Of a stretch of DNA of 64,000 nt, positions 25,851 through 39,700 are shown in pieces. Within the stretch, counting starts at the first letter, position 1. Each line of letters begins with the position of its first letter. The stretch is from Amoebophrya sp. A120 (lineage: Eukaryota > Protista > Dinoflagellata): positions 902,116-966,115 of the forward strand of contig CAJINV010000014.1 of NCBI GenBank assembly GCA_905178155.1. Reading direction: 5' to 3'. The notes beneath the pieces were generated by a model. It had not been told where the DNA came from and ran no database searches. It was given only the letters and a program-made list of their open reading frames with translations. Made by a program: the position numbers and the translations under genes.

Positions 25851-27808
25851 CGAACTTTGCTATAAATAAAAATCATCAAGGTTCGGCTGTTGCGCATTTC
25901 GAGCAGCAGCGCAGTACTTAATGGTTAACAAGTGCAGCCACGTCATCCCAATTCAATCGCTTTATCCTGCTTACTTACCAGCCTGACGATAGTCTAAGCA
26001 TAAAACGAGTTCCAGAAAACCATTAGAAACCGCACCTCATGGGGCTGCGCATAAGAAGCAGTCTGGACATGCAGACGCACAAGGCGAATCCGTGGTGGGG
26101 AAGTTTTCAATCCGGATACGAAGTCGGCCGTATTTACATCCGCCATTGTCGCCTCATCAGCAGCAACAAGAAGCACAGTGCTGCCGGCACCGCCTAGGCG
26201 CAAGAAAGCAGAAATAGGACGCCGCATCTTTTGTCTGTTTGTTTTAGTTCTACCACATAATTTGGCTCTACCCGCAGCGCGAAACGCCACGAGTTCCTAC
26301 CGTACGTGGAAAAAAGCTTGGCGATAGAGTTGCTCTTAACTTCATTCACAGTGTCAGACGCCAAAATTATGTCGAGTGAAAGGAAAAATGAAAATCTCGT
26401 TTTGATGTGCAAACTTTTCAGCCGCACAGACCACTCAGATCGTCCGCACAGACCACTCAGAACTAGCCTACTCCGAGCGTCCGAACACTTCTACTCAGAG
26501 ACTCGTCCCCATTGCCACGTGCCAAACCGCACCTTTTTGCAAAGCTCGTTGATCCCGAGTTTGTTTCCAATCATAATACATGCTTGACAAACTATCTTTT
26601 GTCAGCTCCAGTACTTCTAGTGCCCTCTCTGGTTGAAGTTCTTTATCTTTGAAGGTTTAGATTGTAGGCATGAGATGCAGAGGCGAAGTATTCTCGCCGA
26701 CCGCAGGATTGTTGCATCACTACGCCGGTCGAGGCTGCAACCAGTGCAATGGCTCAGGCTGATCAGAATCAGTGCCTCCTCGTCTACTAAACGCGTTCTC
26801 AAACGTCAGTACGGAGGGGCGGCACTTGTAATAAATTGAAATTGAATACTAGTGGGGCTACTTAGCAAAGCAGGGAACTGAAATTGAAATTCAGAACGCG
26901 GGAATTGAACCAGATAGAAAGGGGAGGACAGCGATGCACTTCAGTTCTAATTCCTATACGGCTCTGCTGCCCACAGATCCCATAGCTCATCTTCTTTGTC
27001 TGCTGACAGCAAATGCCTGTCCGTTTGTGTCGTGACTGTCGTTTGTGGTGTGACACTCTTTTCCTCCTCTTCCGTTTTCCGGTACTTGTTTCCACTACCA
27101 CTGTGCAGTCGCGCGGCCGGAACGAAGAGGCAGCACGGTGAAATGAAGCCTTGTACTTGTAAACGAAAGGAGAAGTTCTGGCTTTCAGAGAAAGTTCTGG
27201 CGGAGCTGTTGTTCGACGTGTGGTTCCGGACGTTCTTGTGCAAGTAGTTCAGGTTGTCAGAAACGACGGAGTTCACGTTGTCAGAAAAAACTCTTTTATC
27301 CGATGCTCCTCAAGCCTCCTCTTGTTCTCTGGTCCTCGTCTTCGGGGTCGTGAAGCAGGTGGGTGCACCAGCAGGGCGAGCGGTGTCGAAATTCTGAGGC
27401 GGCTGCGGGGTTCGGGCGTAGCAGGGGAGACGGGTAGATAGTGTACTAGGGAACAAGGGGGTAGGGATTACTAGTGTAGTTCTTTTTTTTCTTCTTGTTG
27501 ATCCGCGCGTTACTAGTCCAGCCGCAGCATCCAGTCGGTTGTGTTGTCCATGAACCGCGCGTGGTCGACGTTTCTGTTTCGTTTTTTGTAATTTCGTAAG
27601 CACCTTAAGAACATCTAATCCCGCATCAATCATGTGTGAACCAGACACGAGCACGACCAGCCGTTTGCATGACAAGCTGCACACTGCTATTGTATGTTTC
27701 GTACCGCCCACAAGTTAGTAAGAACCGTATCTAGTATTCGTAAGTACGTATTCAGCCCGTGATTCCTCCACATCCCCGCCGCGCCGAGGTTCTGCGAAAA
27801 CCGGTTAC

Positions 27809-29049
27809 TCAGTCCGTGTCTCCCCCCCTGCAACACTTCCGGGGCCTTGCTCCCATATTTGCTGTTGCTTCGCTTGTAGAGATATGGATTGTAAATATTT
27901 CTGGGTCTGCAGAGTTGAAAAAATCTTCAATCTAGGTTGTGAATAACGAACACTCTCCTGTTCTGCACAGCCATGCACGACAAATATTTGCGGGGCCGCG
28001 TGTAGTTACGCGCTCCGCATGACAGACTGCGTGCTTGCCTCAGAAGAAAGGGAAAGATGTCTCTTCGTGAACACACGCATCGCAGACTCTAGACTCATGT
28101 CTTCAGACCGGCATGATAAGTCGTGCAACTATCTTCAAGACCCAGACATATTTCCAAGGCATACGAAGCACGCAGAGTACTCCGGTCCCGCAGTCGGCGC
28201 GTCCACCTTAAGCGGCGGCAGGCCGGATCGCTTTCTATGCTGAGTAAAAACGTCTCCATCATGAGGCGGTCATGCGGACTTCCATCTACAGAGGGGACAT
28301 TTGGAATCCGAATCGATCCCCATCGTGAGAGGCATTCTACTCAGTCTTGTTTTGGCCTTTGCAATTATGCTTTGAACCAACAGGACGACAAGCAGATGCC
28401 TTTCTGATGCGACTGCCGTTGCTAGCCTGCACAGCACTACCGCAGAAAACCTGTCATGCGTGACTCCCAGCAAACCTGCTGGATTGATTCGCATTGCAGA
28501 GGTCGCAAGTTTGCTATGACTATGAGGTGGGAACGTTTTTACTCAGGTGGATACTTCCGCTCGAGTGCATAAGCCTTCTTTGTAAAGCGGAAAAAGCTCC
28601 TCCCCTTCTCAAGTTAAGTACCTTGCAAGACAGAAAGCTCTCCAGCAGGACGAGCGCTCACGAACCTTACTGGATGATGATCGCTAAAAATTCATTTTAT
28701 GGTCTTGTTTTTACAAAATTAGTAGACGACGTGCCTTTTTCATCTGTCGAATCACGCTGAGCCTACTCTCGCTGCTCAGCACTGCAGCGGTCGACTACTA
28801 CACGCTTTTATCTCTTTTGAAACCTGAAGACCACTGCATAACCACTTCACTCGTTTGTTTCTGGGCTGGGGGATCCTTTTTCCTGTTCATATCTTTCTCC
28901 GCTTCCTCCGCCGCCGTTTTTTTCACCTGAGTGAGAAACAGTGCGAAAATTTTCGACATGCAGAAAGGCGGCAAGTGGAGCGCTGCATATACAAATCGAA
29001 ATATTAACCGCTGTGAAAATAACGTAATGCTGCGATTGTTGAGCCACAA
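27809..29049 (-). CDS. Small multi-exon hypothetical protein; start uncertain
   Basis: Introner removal gives YALERK|RSGLPPLKVDAPTAGPEYSACF|DKRSNSKYG...GDTD*; the upstream exon probably lies in ORF 28798-29049. Confidence 0.4.
27883..28163. mobile_element. Introner, family A (degenerate)
   Basis: A-type TIRs; DR strongly diverged. Confidence 0.65.
28236..28553. mobile_element. Introner, family B
   Basis: TATGCTGAGTAAAAACGT...ACGTTTTTACTCAGGTGGATA; DR CTTTC/CTTCC. Confidence 0.85.
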
Positions 29050-30124
29050 GCCTTCTAACGCTATACCTCAACTGGCACTGCTGCCTCGAAAACCTGATCG
29101 ACTGTCAGCTCCTGCTTGAGATTTGGCTGCGCCATTTTTATTTCAACCGCAGCAGAGCTTTTTTAACCTTAAGTAGATACGACTTGTATTTTCTGGCACG
29201 AGATCTCTGCTCCCCCACAATAAGCAACTACCTCAAAGATCAAAGTCCCAAAAGTCTGTTAAGTATCCCGGCTCCGTTTTTCTCTAGAGCGCCGTGAAAA
29301 AAAGATCTACTGTTGCCTGGAAATGGTTGACGACAAAGGAATTAGATCTACTGCTCTGAAATACAGAAGTAACAAAAATCAAATTCCTCAAGTGGAAGGA
29401 TAGTATTTGTGCCACAGGAGGGATCCTGTACGTCAGATGAACAGCTTGTGGTCAACTACAAGAGTAAAAAATGTGACATGGCCTAAAGCTGTACTTAGTC
29501 TATACAGTGGTAGAAACTCGATGGTAGAGGAATTCCACGAACCGAGACGAGAGAAACAGAGCCCGCGGACAGAAGTGTTTTGTGTTGTGCTCGCGACTCT
29601 TTTCGCTTTCCCGCAATTGCGTGCCGATACGATTTTACACAAGCCTTTTTTTATCGACTTTGTTCAACTGTCCCCTCACTATTGTACAAGTATTCTTCAG
29701 TAAAGTGCAGTAAACTCTTCTTCATCCGATCGATCCCGACCCTTGACGGTACTCTTTTTGCACTACTAAGCACCTGCGACGAACGTTGCTCGAGCTACAC
29801 GTTTTGGTCGTGATTTTTTCTTACCGACACGAGTGACGAGGTAGGCGAAGAACGCATGTGAATGCCCTCAGCAGAAGTGGCGGAGTCGCCGTGGTACGAT
29901 CATACCTCTCACGACCTCTTCTCGAGCTCCTCCTGCTGTGTTTCTTTCTGATTCTGTTTCATACGACAGTATCATGGTCACAAGAGTGAAAAGCGAGAGG
30001 GGAGGTTCCGTACTGAGAGCGGTGGCCAGAGGGTGCTACACCCCACTGACCGATAACTTCTGTTGCATCTGTTGTACTTCCCATTTCAAGGCAGAGGCTG
30101 AGGCAGAGGCACTTTGTTCTACTA

Positions 30125-33100
30125 CTATTTCGCTGGCCCTTGTTTGTGCGCCAAAGACAAATACTCGCTCTTCATTACGTAATATATTACAGTGAAAAGT
30201 GCCCCCCACCCCCAAAGTTGCAAAATTTTGTGATGCGAAGTTTCCAAATAAAACCTTTTTGTCATGCATGAAAGGAATATGAATCTTTCTGATGCAGATT
30301 CTAGTGTTGTTTCGCATCGCTTGTATGACAAGCACCGCTCTTACTGGGATCTTTTGCAATACAAATTTTTGCTATTCACGATCGGAAATCTGTGATGCTG
30401 GTACATGCAAGAGGGCGAATGTTTCATTTGGAAAGGATTGCAATACAAATGCTTTCAAGTTCGGGGGTGGGGGCATTTTTCATTGTAATATAATAGCTGT
30501 GCTGTTCTCGCCATATCGGGTACACCTCCTCATTGTCCTTCCACCGCAGATATCAAATGTAAAAATGTCTGGGTCTGGAAGAATGCAACTTGTGATGCTG
30601 AATTTGGATTCCAAAAAAATCTGTATTGCATGAGCAGCAAAGGGAGTGTAATTTTTGCTACGCGGGGGGCATTTGTCATGCGGAATAGGCATCGCGAGGC
30701 CCTCAAAAAATCTGTGATGCTAGGGCATGCATCACAGACATCATGGCCCAGGCAAAACATGCATGACAAGTCTCAGAATCTTCCAGACCCAGACATTTTT
30801 ACAGTTGATAGCAAAAAAAGTGGCAGCGAGAAGTCGTCACTCCGCAGCGGTTCCTCGATCTTCTTGTCTCCCAACACCACGTGCCACATAAACTCTGTTC
30901 TGTGAAAAAACGTCCCCACGACCCCAGAGCAGGCAAGATGGGGTTGATGTGGCTACACCAATCAACAAGCTTAGCTTTGTCTTCTGTGTCGCGCATGACA
31001 AGTTTGTGTTGTAATCCTGCGTAGCTAGCGCAGCCGCATCAGAAATCGTCCTCCATCCACTTAAATATCCAGACTTTAGCATGACAGCCTCCCAAGCAGC
31101 ATTGGACATACTCTACTCGTCATGTGACTGCGCATGCAAAAGCGAAACATTTCGGCATGCGAATTTGCATGACAGCCCTGGGATGAGGACGACATTTTTC
31201 CACCGGATAAACTCCAACGAGTAGCAGTAGCTCAGCCTCTGCCCCTTGTACTTCTCGTAGGTGGGACCAATCCGCTGGCAGAGGTCTGGGATCGAACCGT
31301 CAACGATCTGCTGCAGCCGCTCCATCCGAGCTTGCGGAATGTTGTGAATCAGTTTCCTTATGCATTGCAAATGTGTTTGGGTCTGAAAAGGTTCCGCCTG
31401 TATAATTCCGCGTCTCGCATTTCTGACAAATCTGTATTGCATAAGAAACAAATAAAGCGCCACCCCTTCGCCATGCAAAGTCGCACTTTCTTTGTAGTGA
31501 CGCACACTACGCATGCGAAAGCGTTTGAAAAGAAATTTGCCATGCGTCCCTAGACAACTTGAAGGCGCACTCAATCGTTTTGACAACTGAACAGTACTAC
31601 GACAGGTTTCCCGACCCCGACATGTTTGCAGTTGCACTCCATATGCTTCTTACTGATCATAAACTGCGCACAGCAGTAGGTCTCGAGCAGTTGCCGTCTC
31701 GTTTTCTCGACGGTAAGAGACTCGCCCATGATATAGTTGAAAACCTGGTCCTGGCATGGTGTGGACACCTATCCCAGAAAAAAACGCAGGCAGGGCAGAT
31801 TTGTAATGCATGTAATGCAAAAATAAGTTTACGGAGAAAAATCTGCCATGGGCGAGCTCATATAGCATGCTCTTTGGGATATTCTTTTTTTGCGTTTGCG
31901 TACTCATTTTTGCATAACAAATTGCCCCGCCTGCTTTTTCCCGGGTGATAACACCGCGACCAGACGGGGGGTGGAGAGATGCAGGAAGTTGACTTATGCT
32001 GAGTAAAAACGTCCCCACCTCAGACTTCTTATGCAGGTTTCGCTGTCTACCGGCACATGTGTAATGCGCATGCCCATGAAAGTCGTTTCTCATCGTGTTT
32101 TGGCATTTGTATCGATAATGCGGTAAACAGGATAAGCAGATGGATTTGTGCTGTGGCTGCCCTAGCTAATTACCTGCACCACTTACACTACGCACTGCAA
32201 CTTGTCACGCGCGGCGACTCCCAAAACTAGGTTCTTTGTGTTGCCAGGTGCCCGACTTAGCTCTGGACAGGGAACGTTTTTTCCCCAGGATATGACTTCC
32301 TCGTTGTTTATGTTTTCCCCCAGCCGCCCGGACTCCATGCTGGCCAGGATTAAGTTTAAGTAATGGTACTGGAACTGCCCCCAGTGGGAGATCGGGTCGG
32401 CGTGCAAAAAAAACGTGAAGTCACCGATGGGTCCTGTAGTTGCAGCATCCGGTGCTCCTGCTGGCGCTTCAGTAGCAGAAGAAGCACCGCCGCTATTGCT
32501 TCCGCCAGAACCACGTCGGTCAGACCCGGTATAATTCGCGACTCCTTCCAAGGAGGTGGGAGTTCCATCACTCGCGCTCCTGGCGGCTGCTGCAGCGACG
32601 GCGTTCGCAACGTCCGGCCCAGCCGATTGTCCGTTCGTTTCGATAAACCGATCGATCGACTGTTTATCTGTGATGCCCAGTTCCTCCAAATTTTGTTGCT
32701 GTGCGAACCGGAGAGTCTTATGCAGTGCAAAAGTAGTGTCGTAGCTGCATAGCAGTTGCAGTAACATTGAAAATTGCAATTCATCTGTCTCCGCAGTACG
32801 ACAAAACATCTCTAGCGCTCGTGGTTACGGTATGGAGACGGGTAGTGATCTACAAAGATGCCTATACTCATTTTTATGCTGCAACTAGAGCGAGTATAGC
32901 AGTCCGACATTATTTGCACTTTGCGTAAATGTCCTCGTGGAGCAGGTGCTTATTCTCCCAGAGGTATTTCTGCCGTTCGTAGGCACTGGTTTTCTCGGTT
33001 GTTTTATCAAATGCAAAAATGTCTGGGTCTGGAAGATTTCTAGATTTGTCATGCATATTTTCCATGACCCGTGATGTCTGTGATGCATGCCGTAGCATAA

Positions 33101-36072
33101 CAGATTCTTAGAGCGCTTCCTCATGCCTATTCCGCATGACAAATGCCATCTCCGCGGAACACAAAATCTACTCCTCTTACTGGTCACGCAATACAAATAT
33201 TTCTGGAATCCAGAGACAGCATCACTAGTTTAGAATCTTCCAGACCCAGACATTTTTGCATTTGATATGTTTTCACCCCGGACAGCCTCCGCACGCCCAG
33301 CACATGTGCCGTGTACGCCGAACATTCGTCTCTCCGGGTCTGCTTTTGGATCACTTGGTCGGCTTATGGGAGTGCCCACCTCCCACCTCCCGCTCCATTA
33401 CCATTTCATATCATGGAAAAAAGCATAATCCGCTCCTTGCCTTCTCCTACCACATCTTCACATTGCGTGTCACACTCTTTTTGAAAATCACGACCTAAGC
33501 GGTACTGCGTACATTCCAGGAAGAGATGTATTTGCAAAACCTGCATTGTAGTGGCTGGCGCGGCTCAAGGTGCTGCTGTTGCAGAGCTGCTAGAGAGAAC
33601 GTCGCTACAAATACATTCATTATGCGGGGAATGGCGACGGGTCGTGCACTTTCATAAGTCTTCGTCTGCGATGTTGATCACGTGCAGTTCTTGCAGGTTC
33701 TCCGTAAAGAAGTTCACCATGGCGGCTTCCGCGTTTAGCTCCTGTTGTTCCCCCGTCGCTTTATCTTCCTCCTGCGGCACACCCTGCACTGTCGTTTCTC
33801 CCTGCACGACATGCCCTTCCACCGTCGTTGCAGCCGTTGTCGCAACTCCTTGCAGATGAGATGTTGACAAAGGAACAGCACGACCTATTGCCGTGTCTGT
33901 GATGTTGTAGTGCTTGGCGAGGATTTGTTTTATGTCTAATCTCGTGCCAGAAGTTCCGGTCTTCGTGAACATGTGCGTCCTTATTTCTCCTTCGACCACT
34001 GCAGCTTCTCCCGCCTCCCCTTTAACACCTCCACTCACATCCCGTCTTTCGCCACTAGGGCCGGGACCTGATGATCCGGCCAACGGTGTTTCATCATGAG
34101 GTAGTTGAAGTTCATCACCGTTGAGTTCTTGCAACAGCTTCTTATTTCCGTTGTAAAAACTCCCCACCGCATCCGCGTTGGCGCCGCACTTTTCGTAGAT
34201 GAACAGGCGCGTTTTCCGCAGTACGTTCAGTGGCCAGGAAACCTTCTTTGGCAGCCACGAAAGATCGAACTCGCGGCAGTGCACGATAACAAAATCAGCG
34301 GATTGGGCGATGGTGGAAGAAGGAGGACGAGACGTGTGCTCGTCTAAGACATTTTCTTCCACTGCCGGTTTCCTTGTGACCGCGTCAAATTGGTCCCGAA
34401 CGCTGATGAAGTAATCGTGCGCCTCGTGAACGGGCCAGCTGTCCAGGGCGACCTGCTGGTGGACGTCGGTCAGTTTGTTGGACAGCATGTCCAGAGCCAC
34501 CGTGAAGTACATGCTTGCCCGGTCGGGGTTGGTGTACAGGCTCGTGGTCGCGATCAGAAACGCCGCGACCACCATCCCCCCCGGGCAGCTGAAAATCAGC
34601 TCGTCCCGGTACTCCGCGGGGAGACCGAGCAAAAACCAGGCCTGCTTCAAGGGCGGCCGCGCGGTCTTCTGGCGGTAGAAGCTCCAGGCGCGCAGCTGGA
34701 AATGCGGGCAGGAAAAGAGGTTGGTATGGAAGCGTCAGGTTTGAAATCGACAAAGTTGAAATGAATTGTCATGCAGAAAATGGATGAAAGTTGCAACCCA
34801 GTTGCCAAGTGGCGCATCACAAATTCGGGTAGAGCCGAAATCCAGTGTGTCATGCTGTTTGGGTAAGGAAGACGCCTTTTGTCATGCTACTCTAGCAGCT
34901 CTATTTCTACCCCGAAACAGGCTTACAATCTGCCCCTTTTGCCTACTCTGCAAGACAGACACTTTCTGCGTTGCATTTTATGCATGACAAACTATCTCAA
35001 CTTTGACGATTTCAAACCTGACAGTTCCATAGTTGGTGTGGCAAACGTTGTCCGGTGTGCAGTACTATCAAGTGTAAAAATGTCTGGGTATGGAAGAATC
35101 CAAATTGTGATGCTGCATTTGGATTCCAAAAAAATCTGTATTGCATGAGTACCAAAGGGAATAGAATTCTTGCTACGCGGAGAGGGCATTTGTCACGCAG
35201 AACAGGCATCAAGAAGCTCTCAAAAAATCTGTGCTGCTCGGGCATGCATCACAGACATCAGGGCTCATCCAAAACGTGCATGACAAGTGTCAGAATCTTC
35301 CAGACCCAGACATTTTTACATTTGATAAGTACTCCAGTTTGAATTCCGAGGGGTACGTCGCCTGCGCGGACGCAAACAGGAGGTTCCTCTTTCTGGTGCG
35401 CGGCTTTGCTGTAGTAGTTCTACTACTTGGAGGTTTTGGCACGACCACGCTCTGTAATTGTTCCCCTTCTTTCGGAAGTTCGTGTCGCGTCGTGCAGGTA
35501 GTTTGCGTCTGCTCCCTCTTCGCGAGTGCTGGTGGCGGAGCAGCTTGGCCATCATCTGGTAGTTCCACCACCATCTCGCGACGTAGTTCATCAACATGTG
35601 CTCGCGGCGCAGCAGTGGTAGTACAGGAACTCTCTGGCAGTGGTGTAGCGCCAGTAGCCGCGGAAGTTGCAAAAACACGTCGATCTCTGGTGTTATACTT
35701 CGTCCAACCCCACGGCAAGACCTGTTGGCGCACGGCAGGTCGTCTTGTGTTGCTGCACACGGTGGCTCGAGTAACCCCTCCAGAGTGTCGACCATCGGAG
35801 GTCGGGTAGAAATTGATGTCCAGGTTAGGAACATTCGGTTTCCGCTCCACGAGCAGCTCCTGGGTCTTCAAGAGCAGGGAAGAATGCCAAAAAACCGTGG
35901 CTGCTGTTCTCTTACGGCATCCTAATCCAAATGCTGTTTCTGTGGTTTCTGAAACACACAAAGAAGAAGAAAAGAAATTCGTGTCAGACAAAAAAACGCT
36001 GGAAAAATCATAAAAAAGTAATTCCGCTATTGCGAATAGCAACAGTGAGTAGCGAGGAGGTTGCGCGAACAT
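30125..36072 (-). CDS. DUF3431-like protein with an N-terminal signal/anchor; at least 11 introns (9 introners)
   Basis: Spliced motifs VIVHCREFDLSWL, LFIYEKCG, RRDECSAY, FTFFLHADP, YCCAQFMISK and SLEF|MWHVVLG follow the DUF3431 pattern. ATG at 36072, stop at 30125. Confidence 0.75.
30185..30490. mobile_element. Introner, family C
   Basis: Perfect TAATA DR; removal gives HSYY|VMKSEY. Confidence 0.95.
30551..30810. mobile_element. Introner, family A
   Basis: DR GCAGA/GCAAA; removal gives PLFL|RWKDNEE. Confidence 0.95.
30896..31209. mobile_element. Introner, family B-like
   Basis: Perfect AACTC DR; removal gives SLEF|MWHV. Confidence 0.85.
31359..31643. mobile_element. Introner, family A (degenerate)
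   Basis: DR TTCCT/TGCTT; frame restored. Confidence 0.8.
31770..31950. mobile_element. Introner, family E-like
   Basis: TATCCCAGAAAAAAACGCAGGC...GCCTGCTTTTTCCCGGGTGATA; perfect ACACC DR. Confidence 0.85.
31995..32292. mobile_element. Introner, family B
   Basis: Perfect TGACT DR; removal gives EEV|NFLHLS. Confidence 0.9.
33005..33267. mobile_element. Introner, family A (inverted relative to 30551 and 35066)
   Basis: Perfect TIRs of about 30 bp; perfect TGTTT DR. Confidence 0.95.
34725..35031. mobile_element. Introner, family G (TIR TATGGAA..GTCAGGTTTGAAATCG.CAAAGTTGA)
   Basis: About 35-bp TIR; perfect GTTGG DR; removal gives CHTN|LFSCP. Confidence 0.9.
35066..35327. mobile_element. Introner, family A
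   Basis: Perfect AGTAC DR; removal gives LEY|CTPDN. Confidence 0.95.
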
Positions 36073-36462
36073 AATGACTGTTGGACTGTTAAAAGCAAAA
36101 CGAAAAAAAGACGTCGTGCATACGCACCAATAGCATAAACTAAAGTAAGTATGTTTTCCGTGACACACAACTAAACCAGTCTCGTCTACTAGTAGTTATA
36201 CACAAAAGGCACAGTCAGCTTTTTCAACAGAGAAGATGGGACGGGCAACATCGAAATCCGACAGAAAAAGCAAAAGCAACAAATACAACAAAAGTGAAGA
36301 GCGACGCACAAAAGAAATCTTATTCAATGTAGCAAGCATAGGGCCCACCTTGACCTTGGAAGGACGGATGTGTAAATCAATGCCGCACGGCATCAAACAA
36401 ACTTCCGTTTGTCTACTATACACGGGACTGAATCTTCCGAAAAGGGTGCCACGACTTGCACT

Positions 36463-36530
36463 TGGAATTGGATCCACCAAAATCCGAAAATGGAATTGGA
36501 TCTTCCGAAAATGGAATTGGACCCACCACA
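36463..36530. repeat. Short intergenic tandem repeat (CCGAAAA)TGGAATTGGA x3
   Basis: Three TGGAATTGGA copies, two preceded by TCCGAAAA. Confidence 0.75.
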
Positions 36531-36752
36531 ATCGAAAATAGAACGACGCTACCATGCCTGCACAAGAAGGATGCACTAGGGCCTGGCCGCTGGTTGCGAA
36601 AAACACTGGCTAGTTGTGGCAGTCGAAACGCGTGCAGCTCATCGGCACTTTCTAGATTCGTTCAGATTGATGTTTGTCGCTGTGTCTGATGAAGTTCGTA
36701 ACTGAATTTTGATGGTAATCATGAGGATCGACCGATCTTCACAACTGTCTGC

Positions 36753-39700
36753 TTAATTGCCATCAAATGTTCTATGGCCATAGTTCGTTCCACCGCCACC
36801 TCTGTTCCCATAGCGATTCCCCCCACCACCACCCTTGTGCCCGCCGTAGCCTCCTCCTTTGAAGTTGTTCCCACGGTGATTGTTGTTTTTGTTCCTTGGG
36901 TAATTGTTTTGATGCCCGCCATTCCCGCCGGGACCCCGGTCGTAGTTGCGATTGTGTCCTCCGCCCCGGGGAGGAGGAGGACCACCACCTCCGTGCATAT
37001 TCATCCTGTCCTGCCGCAAGCTCGCATCCCAATCGGAGGGCGGCGCCACAAACCTATCGTCTGTTGGAGGTAGTCCACCGCCACCTCGGGAGGACGATGG
37101 TCCGGATCCTCCCATATTACCAGCGTAGTTGTTTCTTTCTGCATGTGAAGACGGTGGTCCTCTTGAATTGTAGCTGTTTCGCCCCTCGCCGTAGTTGCTC
37201 TGGTTCATCAGAAATTCTCCTCTGCCACCGCCATAGGTTCCCTGGTGGTGGTCGCCACCACGATGGTGGTGGTCCCCCTTGTGAGAAGAGGCAGAAGGAC
37301 CACCGCCGCCACCGGAAAAACGGTTGTTTCGGTTCATGTTCATCGGAGGCGGCGGTGGTCCACCAGGGCCGCCACCCGTAGCACCCATCATCGCGCCGGA
37401 TGAAGAACTGCTTCCCGCTCCCATCGGCGGGGGTGGACCGGCCATGCCCATGGGCGGCCCGGCCGGGGGCATCACGGGGGGCGGCATAGCGGCCGGCGGC
37501 ATCTTTTTCTCCAGCGGCTTGGGCGCGCCCCAGAGCCGCTTCGGCGCCGTGGAGGGAGGTTCAACATCCGGAGCAGCAGGTGGTTGCTCGCTCTTCTTTG
37601 GTGGAATTCCGGACACAGCTGCTGCTGTTTTCTTGTTCGTCTCCAACTCCGGACTGGAACCGGACGACGCGGTTTGGGAATTCTCCCGCTTCAGTGCGGC
37701 CCACGGCGCGGAGTCGAACGAGGGAGCCGCTGGTGCACTGGGCTTCGTACTAGTACTCGCCTGCTCTTTATTGGTCGCAGCAGCGGCGGTGACAGATGGA
37801 CCAGGGGCAGTTAGTGGCGCGGAAGTTGTCGTAGAGGCTCCTCCTACCCCTGCTGGTGGAGCCTTTGGTTGCAACGGAGCGGCAGCGACCGGTGCTGATG
37901 TCGATACAGGGGGTGCTGATACTACTACACCACCTGCAGCTGCTACACTTGAGGAGGATGTTGAAGGTGCCCCCGCATTCACAATTCCACCTCCTGCTGA
38001 TGCGCCGGAGGAAGGAAAGGATGGGAAAGTAGACGTTGACGTGGTCGAAGAAGGCATGCCGGGCTTCGGAACGGCGGTTGGCAGCGTCGACGACGTCGCA
38101 CCAGCTCCACTGCTGCCGAGTTGGGAAGTAGATTGCACTGGGACTCCAACACCGGGCTGGGAAGCGGTTGCACCGGCTGTCGTCTTCACACTGCCTCCCG
38201 CGGTAATGGTCGTGATGTTCGATCCGGCAGGGAAAGGAGTCGACGTGGCGCCGCTCGACGACAACATCGCGGCTTTCGCCTTCGCCTGTTCCTGCTCCCG
38301 CTTCAAAAAAGCCGCATTCGCCTGGTTGTTCCCAGCCGCGAGGACCTGCTCCACCGGCTGGCTCGGGGAAGAAGCAGCAGCAGCGCCCGCTGCACTTCCA
38401 GCGTTTTTCGGTGGCTGGTCGCTTTGCAGCTGCGCAGTTGCACCACCACCTTTCGGGCCCGCGAGGAAATTGTTCTCCTTATCGCCTGTAGGTGGCGCGG
38501 TTGATGGTTTTCCGGGATAAAAGTCTTTTCCGTGATGGAAATGCTCCTTGCCGTCCTTCTTTCCGAAAAACTTTCCAAAGTCTTTCATACCCGCTTTGTC
38601 TTTGCCGAAGTTTTCTTTTTGAAATGGATCAAAACCGTGCTTCTTCCCATACCCGCCCTTATAGCCACCGTATCCGTACTTTCCCTTCATCTCCTGATAC
38701 GGACCAGAAGCACCGCCTTTGTGATGCGCAGCCCCGTACTGGTCGTGATACTTTCCCCCGCCAGGATCCTTCCCATAGTATTCGCCATGCGGATAAGGTT
38801 GACCCTTTTCGCCCTTCATCTGCTGCTGCTGTTCGCGGTGGGCGCGCTCCCGCATCGCGCTGTACTCCTCTTCATCGGAATCCGCTTCCCCCATGTTGAA
38901 AAAGCTTCCCGCCTTCGACACTGCCGGCATCGGTTTTTTCTTTTTCTTCTCCTCCTCGACGGAGGTGGTAGAGGATGTCGGTTTAGCTGGACCATCTCCG
39001 GGTGGATGTTGCGATGGACGAGAAGGACCATCAGCAGCAGCACTAGCAGCTGCTTCGTCTCCCGTGGCAGGAGCTGCAGCTCCTGCGGCATTTGTTGCTG
39101 CAGCAGGTGTAAGTCCCGCTCCTGGCTGTACAGTTCCCGCCTTTGCCGGTACGGGCTTGTGCTGCGTCTCAGTCGCGTGGCTGTTCATCCCGGGAAAACT
39201 GGAAGAGCTTGCAGCTAGTACCTCCCCTGCAGGTGCGGACGTTGAACTGGCGAGGACTACATTACTGGCCTGATCAGCAACTCTCGTCGCGCCACCGTCC
39301 GCAACTCCCTCTGGATGTTGACCTCCGCCGGTAGTTGGTCTTGTGCTTACCCCCGCCGCCGCCGCCGGCGCGCTGCTCGAGGCCATCCCCAGCGCTTGTC
39401 CAATCGTCGCTGCAGCTCCAACCGGAGGTGGAGGTTTTGTGTAGTGGTCCATCGTGCTACTTCCAGCACTGTCCGCCACGACGAGATTGCCGCTCAACAA
39501 AGCAGCAGCACCACCGGCCCCCGCGGGTAGAAGGAGTCCGTCGGAGGTACCAGCAGAAGTTCCTGTTCCCTCGTGGTCCAAGAGGAGCTTTTCCTGCTTC
39601 AGAATCATTTCTTCCAGATTGTCCGGCAGATTCTGGTCGGTATCGTTCTTGTCGATAAATTGGTCCCCCTGCTCGCCCGCGTCCTCGGGAAGCATACGCT

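Noticed and set aside
30185-35327. CRISPR-like array of about 30-bp repeats
   Set aside because: The repeats are inverted pairs about 250-300 bp apart with irregular spacing. There are no cas genes and the context is eukaryotic.
37324-38520. Long plus-strand ORFs (also 3003-3890 and 59620-60672)
   Set aside because: They are antisense shadows of GC3-rich minus-strand exons.
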